From the sequence record AY264777.1: 39,096 nucleotides of DNA. One strand, written 5' to 3'. A program made the translations under genes and the position numbers. The first letter of the stretch is position 1, and every line of letters starts with the position of its first letter. The notes under the pieces were generated by a model, which saw only the letters and a program-made list of their open reading frames with translations, searched no databases and was not told the DNA's origin. Source of the DNA: Escherichia phage T7. Below, in pieces: positions 1 through 8,316 of the stretch.

Positions 1-137
1 TTCCCCCATAAGGGGTACCTAAAGCCCAGCCAATCACCTAAAGTCAACCTTCGGTTGATCTTGAGGGTTCCCTAAGGGTTGGGGATGACCCTTGGGTTTG
101 TCTTTGGGTGTTACCTTGAGTGTCTCTCTGTGTTCCT
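1..137. repeat. Left direct terminal repeat, partial (window starts about 23 bp inside the 160-bp repeat)
   Basis: 1..120 is identical to 38960..39079 at the other end; the last 17 bp differ from the right copy at 2 positions. Confidence 0.9.
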
Positions 138-149
138 ATCTGTTACAGT

Positions 150-330
150 CTTCTAAAGTATCCTCTTAAAGTCACCTCCTAACGTCCATCCTAAAGCCAA
201 CACCTAAAGCCTACACCTAAAGACCCATCAAGTCAACGCCTATCTTAAAGTTTAAACATAAAGACCAGACCTAAAGACCAGACCTAAAGACACTACATAA
301 AGACCAGACCTAAAGACGCCTTGTTGTTAG
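150..330. repeat. Left-end array of short CCTAAAG-like repeats (T7 end-proximal short repeats)
   Basis: Irregularly spaced cctaaag/cttaaag/cataaag heptamers, e.g. accagacctaaagaccagacctaaagac; non-coding. Confidence 0.6.
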
Positions 331-364
331 CCATAAAGTGATAATCTTTAATCATTGTCTTTAT

Positions 365-387
365 TAATACAACTCACTATAAGGAGA
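365..387 (+). promoter_or_regulatory. T7 RNAP promoter phiOL
   Basis: taatacaactcactataaggaga, 21/23 match to the T7 consensus. Confidence 0.8.
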
Positions 388-438
388 GACAACTTAAAGA
401 GACTTAAAAGATTAATTTAAAATTTATCAAAAAGAGTA

Positions 439-476
439 TTGACTTAAAGTCTAATCTATAGGATACTTACAGCCAT
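439..476 (+). promoter_or_regulatory. E. coli sigma70 early promoter A1
   Basis: -35 ttgact (439-444), 17-bp spacer, -10 gatact (462-467), start near 475; matches the recalled T7 A1 context. Confidence 0.8.
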
Positions 477-565
477 CGAGAGGGACACGGTGAATAGCCA
501 TCCCAATCGACACCGGGGTCAACCGGATAAGTAGACAGCCTGATAAGTCGCACGAAAAACAGGTA

Positions 566-604
566 TTGACAACATGAAGTAACATGCAGTAAAATACAAA
601 TCGC
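566..604 (+). promoter_or_regulatory. E. coli sigma70 early promoter A2
   Basis: -35 ttgaca (566-571), -10 taaaat (590-595), start near 603. Confidence 0.8.
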
Positions 605-690
605 TAGATAACACTAGCAGCGTCAACCGGGCGCACAGTGCCTTCTAGGTGACTTAAGCGCACCACGGCACATAAGGTGAAACAAAACGG

Positions 691-728
691 TTGACAACAT
701 GAAGTAAACACGGTACGATGTACCACAT
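691..728 (+). promoter_or_regulatory. E. coli sigma70 early promoter A3
   Basis: -35 ttgaca (691-696), -10 tacgat (714-719), start near 727. Confidence 0.8.
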
Positions 729-813
729 GAAACGACAGTGAGTCACCACACTGAAAGGTGATGCGATCTAACGAAACCTGACCTAAGACGCTCTTTAACA
801 ATCTGGTAAATAG

Positions 814-870
814 CTCTTGAGTGCATGACTAGCGAATAACTCAAGGGTATCGCAAGGTGCCCTTTATGAT
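814..870 (+). promoter_or_regulatory. Probable RNase III processing stem-loop R0.3
   Basis: Imperfect inverted repeat ctcttgagt...actcaaggg followed by ccctttatgat upstream of gene 0.3. Confidence 0.45.
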
Positions 871-901
871 ATTCACTACTAACTGCACGAGGTAACACAA
901 G

Positions 902-1255
902 ATGGTTATGTCTAACATGACTTACAACAACGTTTTCGACCACGCTTACGAAATGCTGAAAGAAAACATCCGTTATGATGACATCCGTGACACTGATGAC
1001 CTGCACGATGCTATTCACATGGCTGCCGATAATGCAGTTCCGCACTACTACGCTGACATCTTTAGCGTAATGGCAAGTGAGGGCATTGACCTTGAGTTCG
1101 AAGACTCTGGTCTGATGCCTGACACCAAGGACGTAATCCGCATCCTGCAAGCACGTATCTATGAGCAATTAACGATTGACCTCTGGGAAGACGCAGAAGA
1201 CTTGCTCAATGAATACTTGGAGGAAGTCGAGAAGTACGAGGAGAATGAAGAGTAA
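902..1255 (+). CDS. ocr: Gene 0.3 Ocr, DNA-mimic anti-restriction protein (117 aa)
   Basis: ORF track 902..1255; acidic protein matching recalled T7 Ocr apart from 3 substitutions. Confidence 0.92.
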   Translation: MVMSNMTYNNVFDHAYEMLKENIRYDDIRDTDDLHDAIHMAADNAVPHYYADIFSVMASEGIDLEFEDSGLMPDTKDVIRILQARIYEQLTIDLWEDAEDLLNEYLEEVEKYEENEE

Positions 1256-1338
1256 TGTCTACTACCAACGTGCAATACGGTCTGACCGCTCAAACTGTAC
1301 TTTTCTATAGCGACATGGTGCGCTGTGGCTTTAACTGA
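1255..1338 (+). pseudogene. 0.4: Gene 0.4 (FtsZ inhibitor) truncated by premature TGA after 27 codons
   Basis: ATG at 1255 overlapping the ocr stop; tga at 1336-1338; reading through would give 51 codons ending at tga 1408-1410, the wild-type length. Confidence 0.7.
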
Positions 1339-1412
1339 TCACTCGCAATGGCACAGCTCAAAGAACTGTACGAAAACAACAAGGCAATAGCTTTAGAATC
1401 TGCTGAGTGATA

Positions 1413-1450
1413 GACTCAAGGTCGCTCCTAGCGAGTGGCCTTTATGATTA
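1413..1450 (+). promoter_or_regulatory. RNase III processing site R0.5
   Basis: Motif ctcaaggtcgctcctagcgagtggcctttatgatt, which recurs in intergenic regions. Confidence 0.55.
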
Positions 1451-1472
1451 TCACTTTACTTATGAGGGAGTA

Positions 1473-1616
1473 ATGTATATGCTTACTATCGGTCTACTCA
1501 CCGCTCTAGGTCTAGCTGTAGGTGCATCTTTTGGGAAGGCTTTAGGTGTAGCTGTAGGTTCTTACTTTACCGCTTGCATCATCATAGGAATCATCAAAGG
1601 GGCACTACGCAAATGA
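1473..1616 (+). CDS. 0.5: Gene 0.5, small hydrophobic protein (47 aa)
   Basis: ATG at 1473 inside ORF-track frame 1407..1616; product MYMLTIGLLTALGLAVG... Confidence 0.7.
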   Translation: MYMLTIGLLTALGLAVGASFGKALGVAVGSYFTACIIIGIIKGALRK

Positions 1617-1774
1617 TGAAGCACTACGTTATGCCAATCCACACGTCCAACGGGGCAACCGTATGTACACCTGATGGGTTCGCAATGAAACAACGAATCG
1701 AACGCCTTAAGCGTGAACTCCGCATTAACCGCAAGATTAACAAGATAGATTCCGGCTATGACAGAACGCACTGA
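1613..1774 (+). CDS. 0.6: Gene 0.6A (53 aa); 0.6B would be a frameshift extension into the 1758..1976 frame
   Basis: Internal ATG at 1613 of ORF 1574..1774; product MMKHYVMPIHTSNGATV... Confidence 0.65.
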   Translation: MMKHYVMPIHTSNGATVCTPDGFAMKQRIERLKRELRINRKINKIDSGYDRTH

Positions 1775-1998
1775 TGGCTTAAAGAAAGGTTATATGCCCA
1801 ATGGCACACTATACGCTGCAAATTGGCGAATAGTGAGAACTTGGCGAGAGAACAACCTCGAACGCCGCAAGGAACAAGAGAGGGCGGCGTGGCATAGACG
1901 AAAGGAAAAGGTTAAAGCCAAGAAACTCGCCGCACTTGAACAGGCACTAGTCAACACACTGAACGCTATCTCATAACGAACATAAAGGACACAATGCA

Positions 1999-2259
1999 AT
2001 GAACATTACCGACATCATGAACGCTATCGACGCAATCAAAGCACTGCCAATCTGTGAACTTGACAAGCGTCAAGGTATGCTTATCGACTTACTGATCGAG
2101 ATGGTCAACAGCGAGACGTGTGATGGCGAGCTAACCGAACTAAATCAGGCGCTTGAGGAACGAATCGCGCTGCACTGGCGTAATGCTGACCGGATGGCTA
2201 TCGCTAATGGTCTTACGCTCAACATTGATAAGCAACTTGACGCAATGTTAATGGGCTGA
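1999..2259 (+). CDS. 0.7: Gene 0.7 remnant, 86 aa, in-frame internal deletion of the protein kinase/host-shutoff protein (wild type 359 aa)
   Basis: ORF 1999..2259 joins the recalled gp0.7 N-terminus ([14 protein letters not shown]...ELNQALE) to its C-terminus ([33 protein letters not shown]). Confidence 0.85.
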   Translation: MNITDIMNAIDAIKALPICELDKRQGMLIDLLIEMVNSETCDGELTELNQALEERIALHWRNADRMAIANGLTLNIDKQLDAMLMG

Positions 2260-2264
2260 TAGTC

Positions 2265-2305
2265 TTATCTTACAGGTCATCTGCGAGTGGCCTGAATAGG
2301 TACGA
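2265..2305 (+). promoter_or_regulatory. Probable RNase III processing site R1
   Basis: acaggtcatctgcgagtggcctgaatagg upstream of gene 1, related to the recurring motif. Confidence 0.45.
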
Positions 2306-2329
2306 TTTACTAACTGGAAGAGGCACTAA

Positions 2330-4981
2330 ATGAACACGATTAACATCGCTAAGAACGACTTCTCTGACATCGAACTGGCTGCTATCCCGTTCAACACTCT
2401 GGCTGACCATTACGGTGAGCGTTTAGCTCGCGAACAGTTGGCTCTTGAGCATGAGTCTTACGAGATGGGTGAAGCACGCTTTCGCAAGATGTTTGAGCGT
2501 CAACTTAAAGCTGGTGAGGTTGCGGATAACGCTGCCGCCAAGCCTCTCATCACTACCCTACTCCCTAAGATGATTGCACGCATCAACGACTGGTTTGAGG
2601 AAGTGAAAGCTAAGCGCGGCAAGCGCCCGACAGCTTTCCAGTTCCTGCAAGAAATCAAGCCGGAAGCCGTAGCGTACATCACCATTAAGACCACTCTGGC
2701 TTGCCTAACCAGTGCTGACAATACAACCGTTCAGGCTGCAGCAAGCGCAATCGGTCGGGCCATTGAGGACGAGGCTCGTTTCGGTCGTATCCGTGACCTT
2801 GAAGCTAAGCACTTCAAGAAAAACGTTGAGGAACAACTCAACAAGCGCGTAGGGCACGTCTACAAGAAAGCATTTATGCAAGTTGTCGAGGCTGACATGC
2901 TCTCTAAGGGTCTACTCGGTGGCGAGGCGTGGTCTTCGTGGCATAAGGAAGACTCTATTCATGTAGGAGTACGCTGCATCGAGATGCTCATTGAGTCAAC
3001 CGGAATGGTTAGCTTACATCGCCAAAATGCTGGCGTAGTAGGTCAAGACTCTGAGACTATCGAACTCGCACCTGAATACGCTGAGGCTATCGCAACCCGT
3101 GCAGGTGCGCTGGCTGGCATCTCTCCGATGTTCCAACCTTGCGTAGTTCTTCCTAAGCCGTGGACTGGCATTACTGGTGGTGGCTATTGGGCTAACGGTC
3201 GTCGTCCTCTGGCGCTGGTGCGTACTCACAGTAAGAAAGCACTGATGCGCTACGAAGACGTTTACATGCCTGAGGTGTACAAAGCGATTAACATTGCGCA
3301 AAACACCGCATGGAAAATCAACAAGAAAGTCCTAGCGGTCGCCAACGTAATCACCAAGTGGAAGCATTGTCCGGTCGAGAACATCCCTGCGATTGAGCGT
3401 GAAGAACTCCCGATGAAACCGGAAAACATCGACATGAATCCTGAGGCTCTCATCGCGTGGAAACGTGCTGCCGCTGCTGTGTACCGCAAGGACAAGGCTC
3501 GCAAGTCTCGCCGTATCAGCCTTGAGTTCATGCTTGAGCAAGCCAATAAGTTTGCTAATCATAAGGCCATTTGGTTCCCTTACAACATGGACTGGCGCGG
3601 TCGTGTTTACGCTGTGTCAATGTTCAACCCGCAAGGTAACGATATGACCAAAGGACTGCTTACGCTGGCAAAAGGTAAACCAATCGGTAAGGAAGGTTAC
3701 TACTGGCTGAAAATCCACGGTGCAAACTGTGCGGGTGTCGATAAGGTTCCGTTCCCTGAGCGCATCAAGTTCATTGAGGAAAACCACGAGAACATCATAG
3801 CTTGCGCTAAGTCTCCACTGGAGAACACTTGGTGGGCTGAGCAAGATTCTCCGTTCTGCTTCCTTGCGTTCTGCTTTGAGTACGCTGGGGTACAGCACCA
3901 CGGCCTGAGCTATAACTGCTCCCTTCCGCTGGCGTTTGACGGGTCTTGCTCTGGCATCCAGCACTCCTCCGCGATGCTCCGAGATGAGGTAGGTGGTCGC
4001 GCGGTTAACTTGCTTCCTAGTGAAACCGTTCACGACATCTACGGGATTGTTGCTAAGAAAGTCAACGAGATTCTACAAGCAGATGCAATCAATGGGACCG
4101 ATAACGAAGTAGTTACCGTGACCGATGAGAACACTGGTGAAATCTCTGAGAAAGTCAAGCTGGGCACTAAGGCACTGGCTGGTCAATGGCTGGCTTACAG
4201 TGTTACTCGCAGTGTGACTAAGCGTTCAGTCATGACGCTGGCTTACGGGTCCAAAGAGTTCGGCTTCCGTCAACAAGTGCTGGAAGATACCATTCAGCCA
4301 GCTATTGATTCCGGCAAGGGTCTGATGTTCACTCAGCCGAATCAGGCTGCTGGATACATGGCTAAGCTGATTTGGGAATCTGTGAGCGTGACGGTGGTAG
4401 CTGCGGTTGAAGCAATGAACTGGCTTAAGTCTGCTGCTAAGCTGCTGGCTGCTGAGGTCAAAGATAAGAAGACTGGAGAGATTCTTCGCAAGCGTTGCGC
4501 TGTGCATTGGGTAACTCCTGATGGTTTTCCTGTGTGGCAGGAATACAAGAAGCCTATTCAGACGCGCTTGAACCTGATGTTCCTCGGTCAGTTCCGCTTA
4601 CAGCCTACCATTAACACCAACAAAGATAGCGAGATTGATGCACACAAACAGGAGTCTGGTATCGCTCCTAACTTTGTACACAGCCAAGACGGTAGCCATC
4701 TTCGTAAGACTGTAGTGTGGGCACACGAGAAGTACGGAATCGAATCTTTTGCACTGATTCACGACTCCTTCGGTACCATTCCGGCTGACGCTGCGAACTT
4801 GTTCAAAGCAGTGCGCGAAACTATGGTTGACACATATGAGTCTTGTGATGTACTGGCTGATTTCTACGACCAGTTCGCTGACCAGTTGCACGAGTCTCAA
4901 TTGGACAAAATGCCAGCACTTCCGGCTAAAGGTAACTTGAACCTCCGTGACATCTTAGAGTCGGACTTCGCGTTCGCGTAA
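2330..4981 (+). CDS. 1: Gene 1, T7 RNA polymerase (883 aa)
   Basis: ORF 2330..4981; full-length single-subunit RNAP; specificity-loop region as recalled for wild type. Confidence 0.98.
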   Translation: MNTINIAKNDFSDIELAAIPFNTLADHYGERLAREQLALEHESYEMGEARFRKMFERQLKAGEVADNAAAKPLITTLLPKMIARINDWFEEVKAKRGKRPTAFQFLQEIKPEAVAYITIKTTLACLTSADNTTVQAAASAIGRAIEDEARFGRIRDLEAKHFKKNVEEQLNKRVGHVYKKAFMQVVEADMLSKGLLGGEAWSSWHKEDSIHVGVRCIEMLIESTGMVSLHRQNAGVVGQDSETIELAPEYAEAIATRAGALAGISPMFQPCVVLPKPWTGITGGGYWANGRRPLALVRTHSKKALMRYEDVYMPEVYKAINIAQNTAWKINKKVLAVANVITKWKHCPVENIPAIEREELPMKPENIDMNPEALIAWKRAAAAVYRKDKARKSRRISLEFMLEQANKFANHKAIWFPYNMDWRGRVYAVSMFNPQGNDMTKGLLTLAKGKPIGKEGYYWLKIHGANCAGVDKVPFPERIKFIEENHENIIACAKSPLENTWWAEQDSPFCFLAFCFEYAGVQHHGLSYNCSLPLAFDGSCSGIQHSSAMLRDEVGGRAVNLLPSETVHDIYGIVAKKVNEILQADAINGTDNEVVTVTDENTGEISEKVKLGTKALAGQWLAYSVTRSVTKRSVMTLAYGSKEFGFRQQVLEDTIQPAIDSGKGLMFTQPNQAAGYMAKLIWESVSVTVVAAVEAMNWLKSAAKLLAAEVKDKKTGEILRKRCAVHWVTPDGFPVWQEYKKPIQTRLNLMFLGQFRLQPTINTNKDSEIDAHKQESGIAPNFVHSQDGSHLRKTVVWAHEKYGIESFALIHDSFGTIPADAANLFKAVRETMVDTYESCDVLADFYDQFADQLHESQLDKMPALPAKGNLNLRDILESDFAFA

Positions 4982-4989
4982 CGCCAAAT

Positions 4990-5012
4990 CAATACGACTC
5001 ACTATAGAGGGA
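4990..5012 (+). promoter_or_regulatory. T7 promoter phi1.1A (part of the primary replication origin)
   Basis: caatacgactcactatagaggga. Confidence 0.85.
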
Positions 5013-5014
5013 CA

Positions 5015-5052
5015 AACTCAAGGTCATTCGCAAGAGTGGCCTTTATGATTGA
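5015..5052 (+). promoter_or_regulatory. RNase III processing site R1.1
   Basis: ctcaaggtcattcgcaagagtggcctttatgatt. Confidence 0.55.
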
Positions 5053-5064
5053 CCTTCTTCCGGT

Positions 5065-5087
5065 TAATACGACTCACTATAGGAGAA
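5065..5087 (+). promoter_or_regulatory. T7 promoter phi1.1B
   Basis: taatacgactcactataggagaa. Confidence 0.85.
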
Positions 5088-5165
5088 CCTTAAGGTTTAA
5101 CTTTAAAACCCTTAAGTGTTAATTAGAGATTTAAATTAAAGAATTACTAAGAGAGGACTTTAAGT

Positions 5166-5294
5166 ATGCGTAACTTCGAAAAGATGACCAAACGTTCTAA
5201 CCGTAATGCTCGTGACTTCGAGGCAACCAAAGGTCACAAGTTGAATAAGACTAAGCGTGACCGCTCTCACAAGCGTAGCTGGGAGGGTCAGTAA
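5166..5294 (+). CDS. 1.1: Gene 1.1 (42 aa, basic)
   Basis: ATG 5166 to taa 5292-5294; MRNFEKMTKRSNRNARDFEATKGHKLNKTKRDRSHKRSWEGQ. Confidence 0.7.
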   Translation: MRNFEKMTKRSNRNARDFEATKGHKLNKTKRDRSHKRSWEGQ

Positions 5295-5295
5295 G

Positions 5296-5553
5296 ATGGG
5301 ACGTTTATATAGTGGTAATCTGGCAGCATTCAAGGCAGCAACAAACAAGCTGTTCCAGTTAGACTTAGCGGTCATTTATGATGATTGGTATGATGCTTAT
5401 ACAAGAAAAGATTGCATACGGTTACGTATTGAGGACAGGAGTGGAAACTTGATTGATACTAGCACCTTCTACCACCACGACGAGGACGTTCTGTTCAATA
5501 TGTGTACTGATTGGTTGAACCATATGTATGACCAGTTGAAGGACTGGAAGTAA
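5296..5553 (+). CDS. 1.2: Gene 1.2, inhibitor of host dGTPase (85 aa)
   Basis: Internal ATG 5296 of ORF 5257..5553; MGRLYSGNLAAFKAATNKLF... Confidence 0.8.
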   Translation: MGRLYSGNLAAFKAATNKLFQLDLAVIYDDWYDAYTRKDCIRLRIEDRSGNLIDTSTFYHHDEDVLFNMCTDWLNHMYDQLKDWK

Positions 5554-5573
5554 TACGACTCAGTATAGGGACA
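5551..5573 (+). promoter_or_regulatory. T7 promoter phi1.3
   Basis: taatacgactcagtatagggaca. Confidence 0.85.
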
Positions 5574-5575
5574 AT

Positions 5576-5615
5576 GCTTAAGGTCGCTCTCTAGGAGTGG
5601 CCTTAGTCATTTAAC
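5576..5615 (+). promoter_or_regulatory. RNase III processing site R1.3
   Basis: cttaaggtcgctctctaggagtggccttagtcattt. Confidence 0.5.
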
Positions 5616-5633
5616 CAATAGGAGATAAACATT

Positions 5634-6713
5634 ATGATGAACATTAAGACTAACCCGTTTAAAGCCGTGTCTTTCGTAGAGTCTGCCATTAAGAAGGCTC
5701 TGGATAACGCTGGGTATCTTATCGCTGAAATCAAGTACGATGGTGTACGCGGGAACATCTGCGTAGACAATACTGCTAACAATTACTGGCTCTCTCGTGT
5801 ATCTAAAACGATTCCGGCACTGGAGCACTTAAACGGGTTTGATGTTCGCTGGAAGCGTCTACTGAACGATGACCGTTGCTTCTACAAAGATGGCTTTATG
5901 CTTGATGGGGAACTCATGGTCAAAGGCGTAGACTTTAACACAGGGTCCGGCCTACTGCGTACCAAATGGACTGACACGAAGAACCAAGAATTCCATGAAG
6001 AGTTATTCGTTGAACCAATCCGTAAGAAAGATAAAGTTCCCTTTAAGCTGCACACTGGACACCTTCACATAAAACTGTACGCTATCCTCCCGCTGCACAT
6101 CGTGGAGTCTGGAGAAGACTGTGATGTCATGACGTTGCTCATGCAGGAACACGTTAAGAACATGCTGCCTCTGCTACAGGAATACTTCCCTGAAATCGAA
6201 TGGCAAGCGGCTGAATCTTACGAGGTCTACGATATGGTAGAACTACAGCAACTGTACGAGCAGAAGCGAGCAGAAGGCCATGAGGGTCTCATTGTGAAAG
6301 ACCCGATGTGTATCTATAAGCGCGGTAAGAAATCTGGCTGGTGGAAAATGAAACCTGAGAACGAAGCTGACGGTATCATTCAGGGTCTGGTATGGGGTAC
6401 AAAAGGTCTGGCTAATGAAGGTAAAGTGATTGGTTTTGAGGTGCTTCTTGAGAGTGGTCGTTTAGTTAACGCCACGAATATCTCTCGCGCCTTAATGGAT
6501 GAGTTCACTGAGACAGTAAAAGAGGCCACCCTAAGTCAATGGGGATTCTTTAGCCCATACGGTATTGGCGACAACGATGCTTGTACTATTAACCCTTACG
6601 ATGGCTGGGCGTGTCAAATTAGCTACATGGAGGAAACACCTGATGGCTCTTTGCGGCACCCATCGTTCGTAATGTTCCGTGGCACCGAGGACAACCCTCA
6701 AGAGAAAATGTAA
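5634..6713 (+). CDS. 1.3: Gene 1.3, ATP-dependent DNA ligase (359 aa)
   Basis: ORF 5634..6713; ligase motif region EIKYDGVRG with the adenylation lysine. Confidence 0.95.
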   Translation: MMNIKTNPFKAVSFVESAIKKALDNAGYLIAEIKYDGVRGNICVDNTANNYWLSRVSKTIPALEHLNGFDVRWKRLLNDDRCFYKDGFMLDGELMVKGVDFNTGSGLLRTKWTDTKNQEFHEELFVEPIRKKDKVPFKLHTGHLHIKLYAILPLHIVESGEDCDVMTLLMQEHVKNMLPLLQEYFPEIEWQAAESYEVYDMVELQQLYEQKRAEGHEGLIVKDPMCIYKRGKKSGWWKMKPENEADGIIQGLVWGTKGLANEGKVIGFEVLLESGRLVNATNISRALMDEFTETVKEATLSQWGFFSPYGIGDNDACTINPYDGWACQISYMEETPDGSLRHPSFVMFRGTEDNPQEKM

Positions 6714-6718
6714 TCACA

Positions 6719-6752
6719 CTGGCTCACCTTCGGGTGGGCCTTTCTGCGTTTA
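6719..6752 (+). terminator. Early terminator TE (intrinsic, for E. coli RNAP)
   Basis: GC-rich hairpin ggctcaccttcgggtgggcc followed by tttctgcgttt just after the gene 1.3 stop. Confidence 0.8.
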
Positions 6753-6766
6753 TAAGGAGACACTTT

Positions 6767-6922
6767 ATGTTTAAGAAGGTTGGTAAATTCCTTGCGGCTT
6801 TGGCAGCTATCCTGACGCTTGCGTATATTCTTGCGGTATATCCTCAAGTAGCACTAGTAGTAGTTGGCGCTTGTTACTTAGCGGCAGTGTGTGCTTGCGT
6901 GTGGAGTATAATTAACTGGTAA
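6767..6922 (+). CDS. 1.4: Gene 1.4 (51 aa, hydrophobic)
   Basis: Internal ATG 6767 of ORF 6734..6922. Confidence 0.6.
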   Translation: MFKKVGKFLAALAAILTLAYILAVYPQVALVVVGACYLAAVCACVWSIINW

Positions 6923-6942
6923 TACGACTCACTAAAGGAGGT
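6920..6942 (+). promoter_or_regulatory. T7 promoter phi1.5
   Basis: taatacgactcactaaaggaggt. Confidence 0.85.
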
Positions 6943-6949
6943 ACACACC

Positions 6950-7039
6950 ATGATGTACTTAATGTTATTACTCATCGTCATTGTAGGATGCCTTGCGCTC
7001 TACTGTAGCGATGATGATATGCCAGATGGTCACGCTTAA
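6950..7039 (+). CDS. 1.5: Gene 1.5 (29 aa)
   Basis: ATG 6950 to taa 7037-7039 between phi1.5 and phi1.6. Confidence 0.55.
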   Translation: MMYLMLLLIVIVGCLALYCSDDDMPDGHA

Positions 7040-7059
7040 TACGACTCACTAAAGGAGAC
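7037..7059 (+). promoter_or_regulatory. T7 promoter phi1.6
   Basis: taatacgactcactaaaggagac. Confidence 0.85.
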
Positions 7060-7064
7060 ACTAT

Positions 7065-7325
7065 ATGTTTCGACTTCATTACAACAAAAGCGTTAAGAAT
7101 TTCACGGTTCGCCGTGCTGACCGTTCAATCGTATGTGCGAGCGAGTGCCGAGCTAAGATACCTCTTATTGGTAACACAGTTCCTTTGGCACCGAGCGTCC
7201 ACATCATTATCACCCGTGGTGACTTTGAGAAAGCAATAGACAAGAAACGTCCGGTTCTTAGTGTGGCAGTGACCCGCTTCCCGTTCGTCCGTCTGTTACT
7301 CAAACGAATCAAAGAGGTGTTCTGA
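7065..7325 (+). CDS. 1.6: Gene 1.6 (86 aa)
   Basis: ORF track 7065..7325. Confidence 0.75.
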   Translation: MFRLHYNKSVKNFTVRRADRSIVCASECRAKIPLIGNTVPLAPSVHIIITRGDFEKAIDKKRPVLSVAVTRFPFVRLLLKRIKEVF

Positions 7326-7907
7326 TGGGACTGTTAGATGGTGAAGCCTGGGAAAAAGAAAACCCGCCAGTACAAGCAACTGGGTGTATAGCTTGCTTAG
7401 AGAAAGATGACCGTTATCCACATACCTGTAACAAAGGAGCTAACGATATGACCGAACGTGAACAAGAGATGATCATTAAGTTGATAGACAATAATGAAGA
7501 TCGCCCAGATGATTTGAATGGCTGCGGTATTCTCTGCTCCAATGTCCCTTGCCACCTCTGCCCCGCAAATAACGATCAAAAGATAACCTTAGGTGAAATC
7601 CGAACGATGGACCCACGTAAACCACATCTGAATAAACCTGAGGTAATTCCTACAGATGATCAGTCTTCCGCTGAGACAATCGAAGGTGTCACTAAGCCTT
7701 CCCACTACATGCTGTTTGACGACATTGAGGCTATCGAAGTGATTGCTCGTTCAATGACCGTTGAGCAATTCAAGGGATACTGCTTCGGTAACATTTTAAA
7801 GTACAGACTACGTGCTGGTAAGAAGTCAGAGTTAGCGTACTTAGAGAAAGACCTAGCGAAAGCAGACTTCTATAAAGAACTCTTTGAGAAACATAAGGAT
7901 AAATGTT

Positions 7908-7915
<8 letters not shown>
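7325..7915 (+). CDS. 1.7: Gene 1.7, nucleotide kinase (196 aa)
   Basis: ORF track 7325..7915; length matches T7 gp1.7. Confidence 0.85.
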
Positions 7916-8248
<333 letters not shown>

Positions 8249-8251
<3 letters not shown>

Positions 8252-8271
8252 TACGACTCACTATTAGAGAA
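8249..8271 (+). promoter_or_regulatory. T7 promoter phi2.5 (A-initiating class II promoter)
   Basis: taatacgactcactattagagaa. Confidence 0.8.
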
Positions 8272-8316
8272 GACTCCCTCTGAGAAACCAAACGAAACCT
8301 AAAGGAGATTAACATT

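Larger units (their letters stand above)
4990..5165. other. Primary origin of DNA replication region (phi1.1A/phi1.1B plus AT-rich tract)
   Basis: Tandem T7 promoters followed by AT-rich ttaactttaaaacccttaagtgttaattagagatttaaattaaag; position equivalent to the T7 primary origin. Confidence 0.6.

Noticed and set aside
150-330. Possible CRISPR-like array from regularly recurring cctaaag motifs
   Set aside because: Repeats are only about 7 bp, irregularly spaced and degenerate, with no spacer structure and no cas genes; they match the known short repeats near the T7 left end.
604-801. Minus-strand ORFs from the six-frame track (e.g. 604..801, 743..1168, 3617..4033, 22600..23181, 27679..28473)
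   Set aside because: They lie antisense within the promoter region or inside well-supported + strand genes and lack ribosome-binding sites; T7 transcribes only left to right, so these are chance open frames.
1758-1976. 72-codon + strand ORF as an independent gene
   Set aside because: It corresponds to the downstream frame used by the gene 0.6B frameshift extension, not a separately initiated protein.
3149-3151. Initially read the RNAP CVVLPKPW change as the well-known P266L promoter-escape mutation
   Set aside because: Counting residues places this leucine at position 274; residue 266 (the P in ISPMFQ) is unchanged. It is reported only as an unverified P274L candidate.
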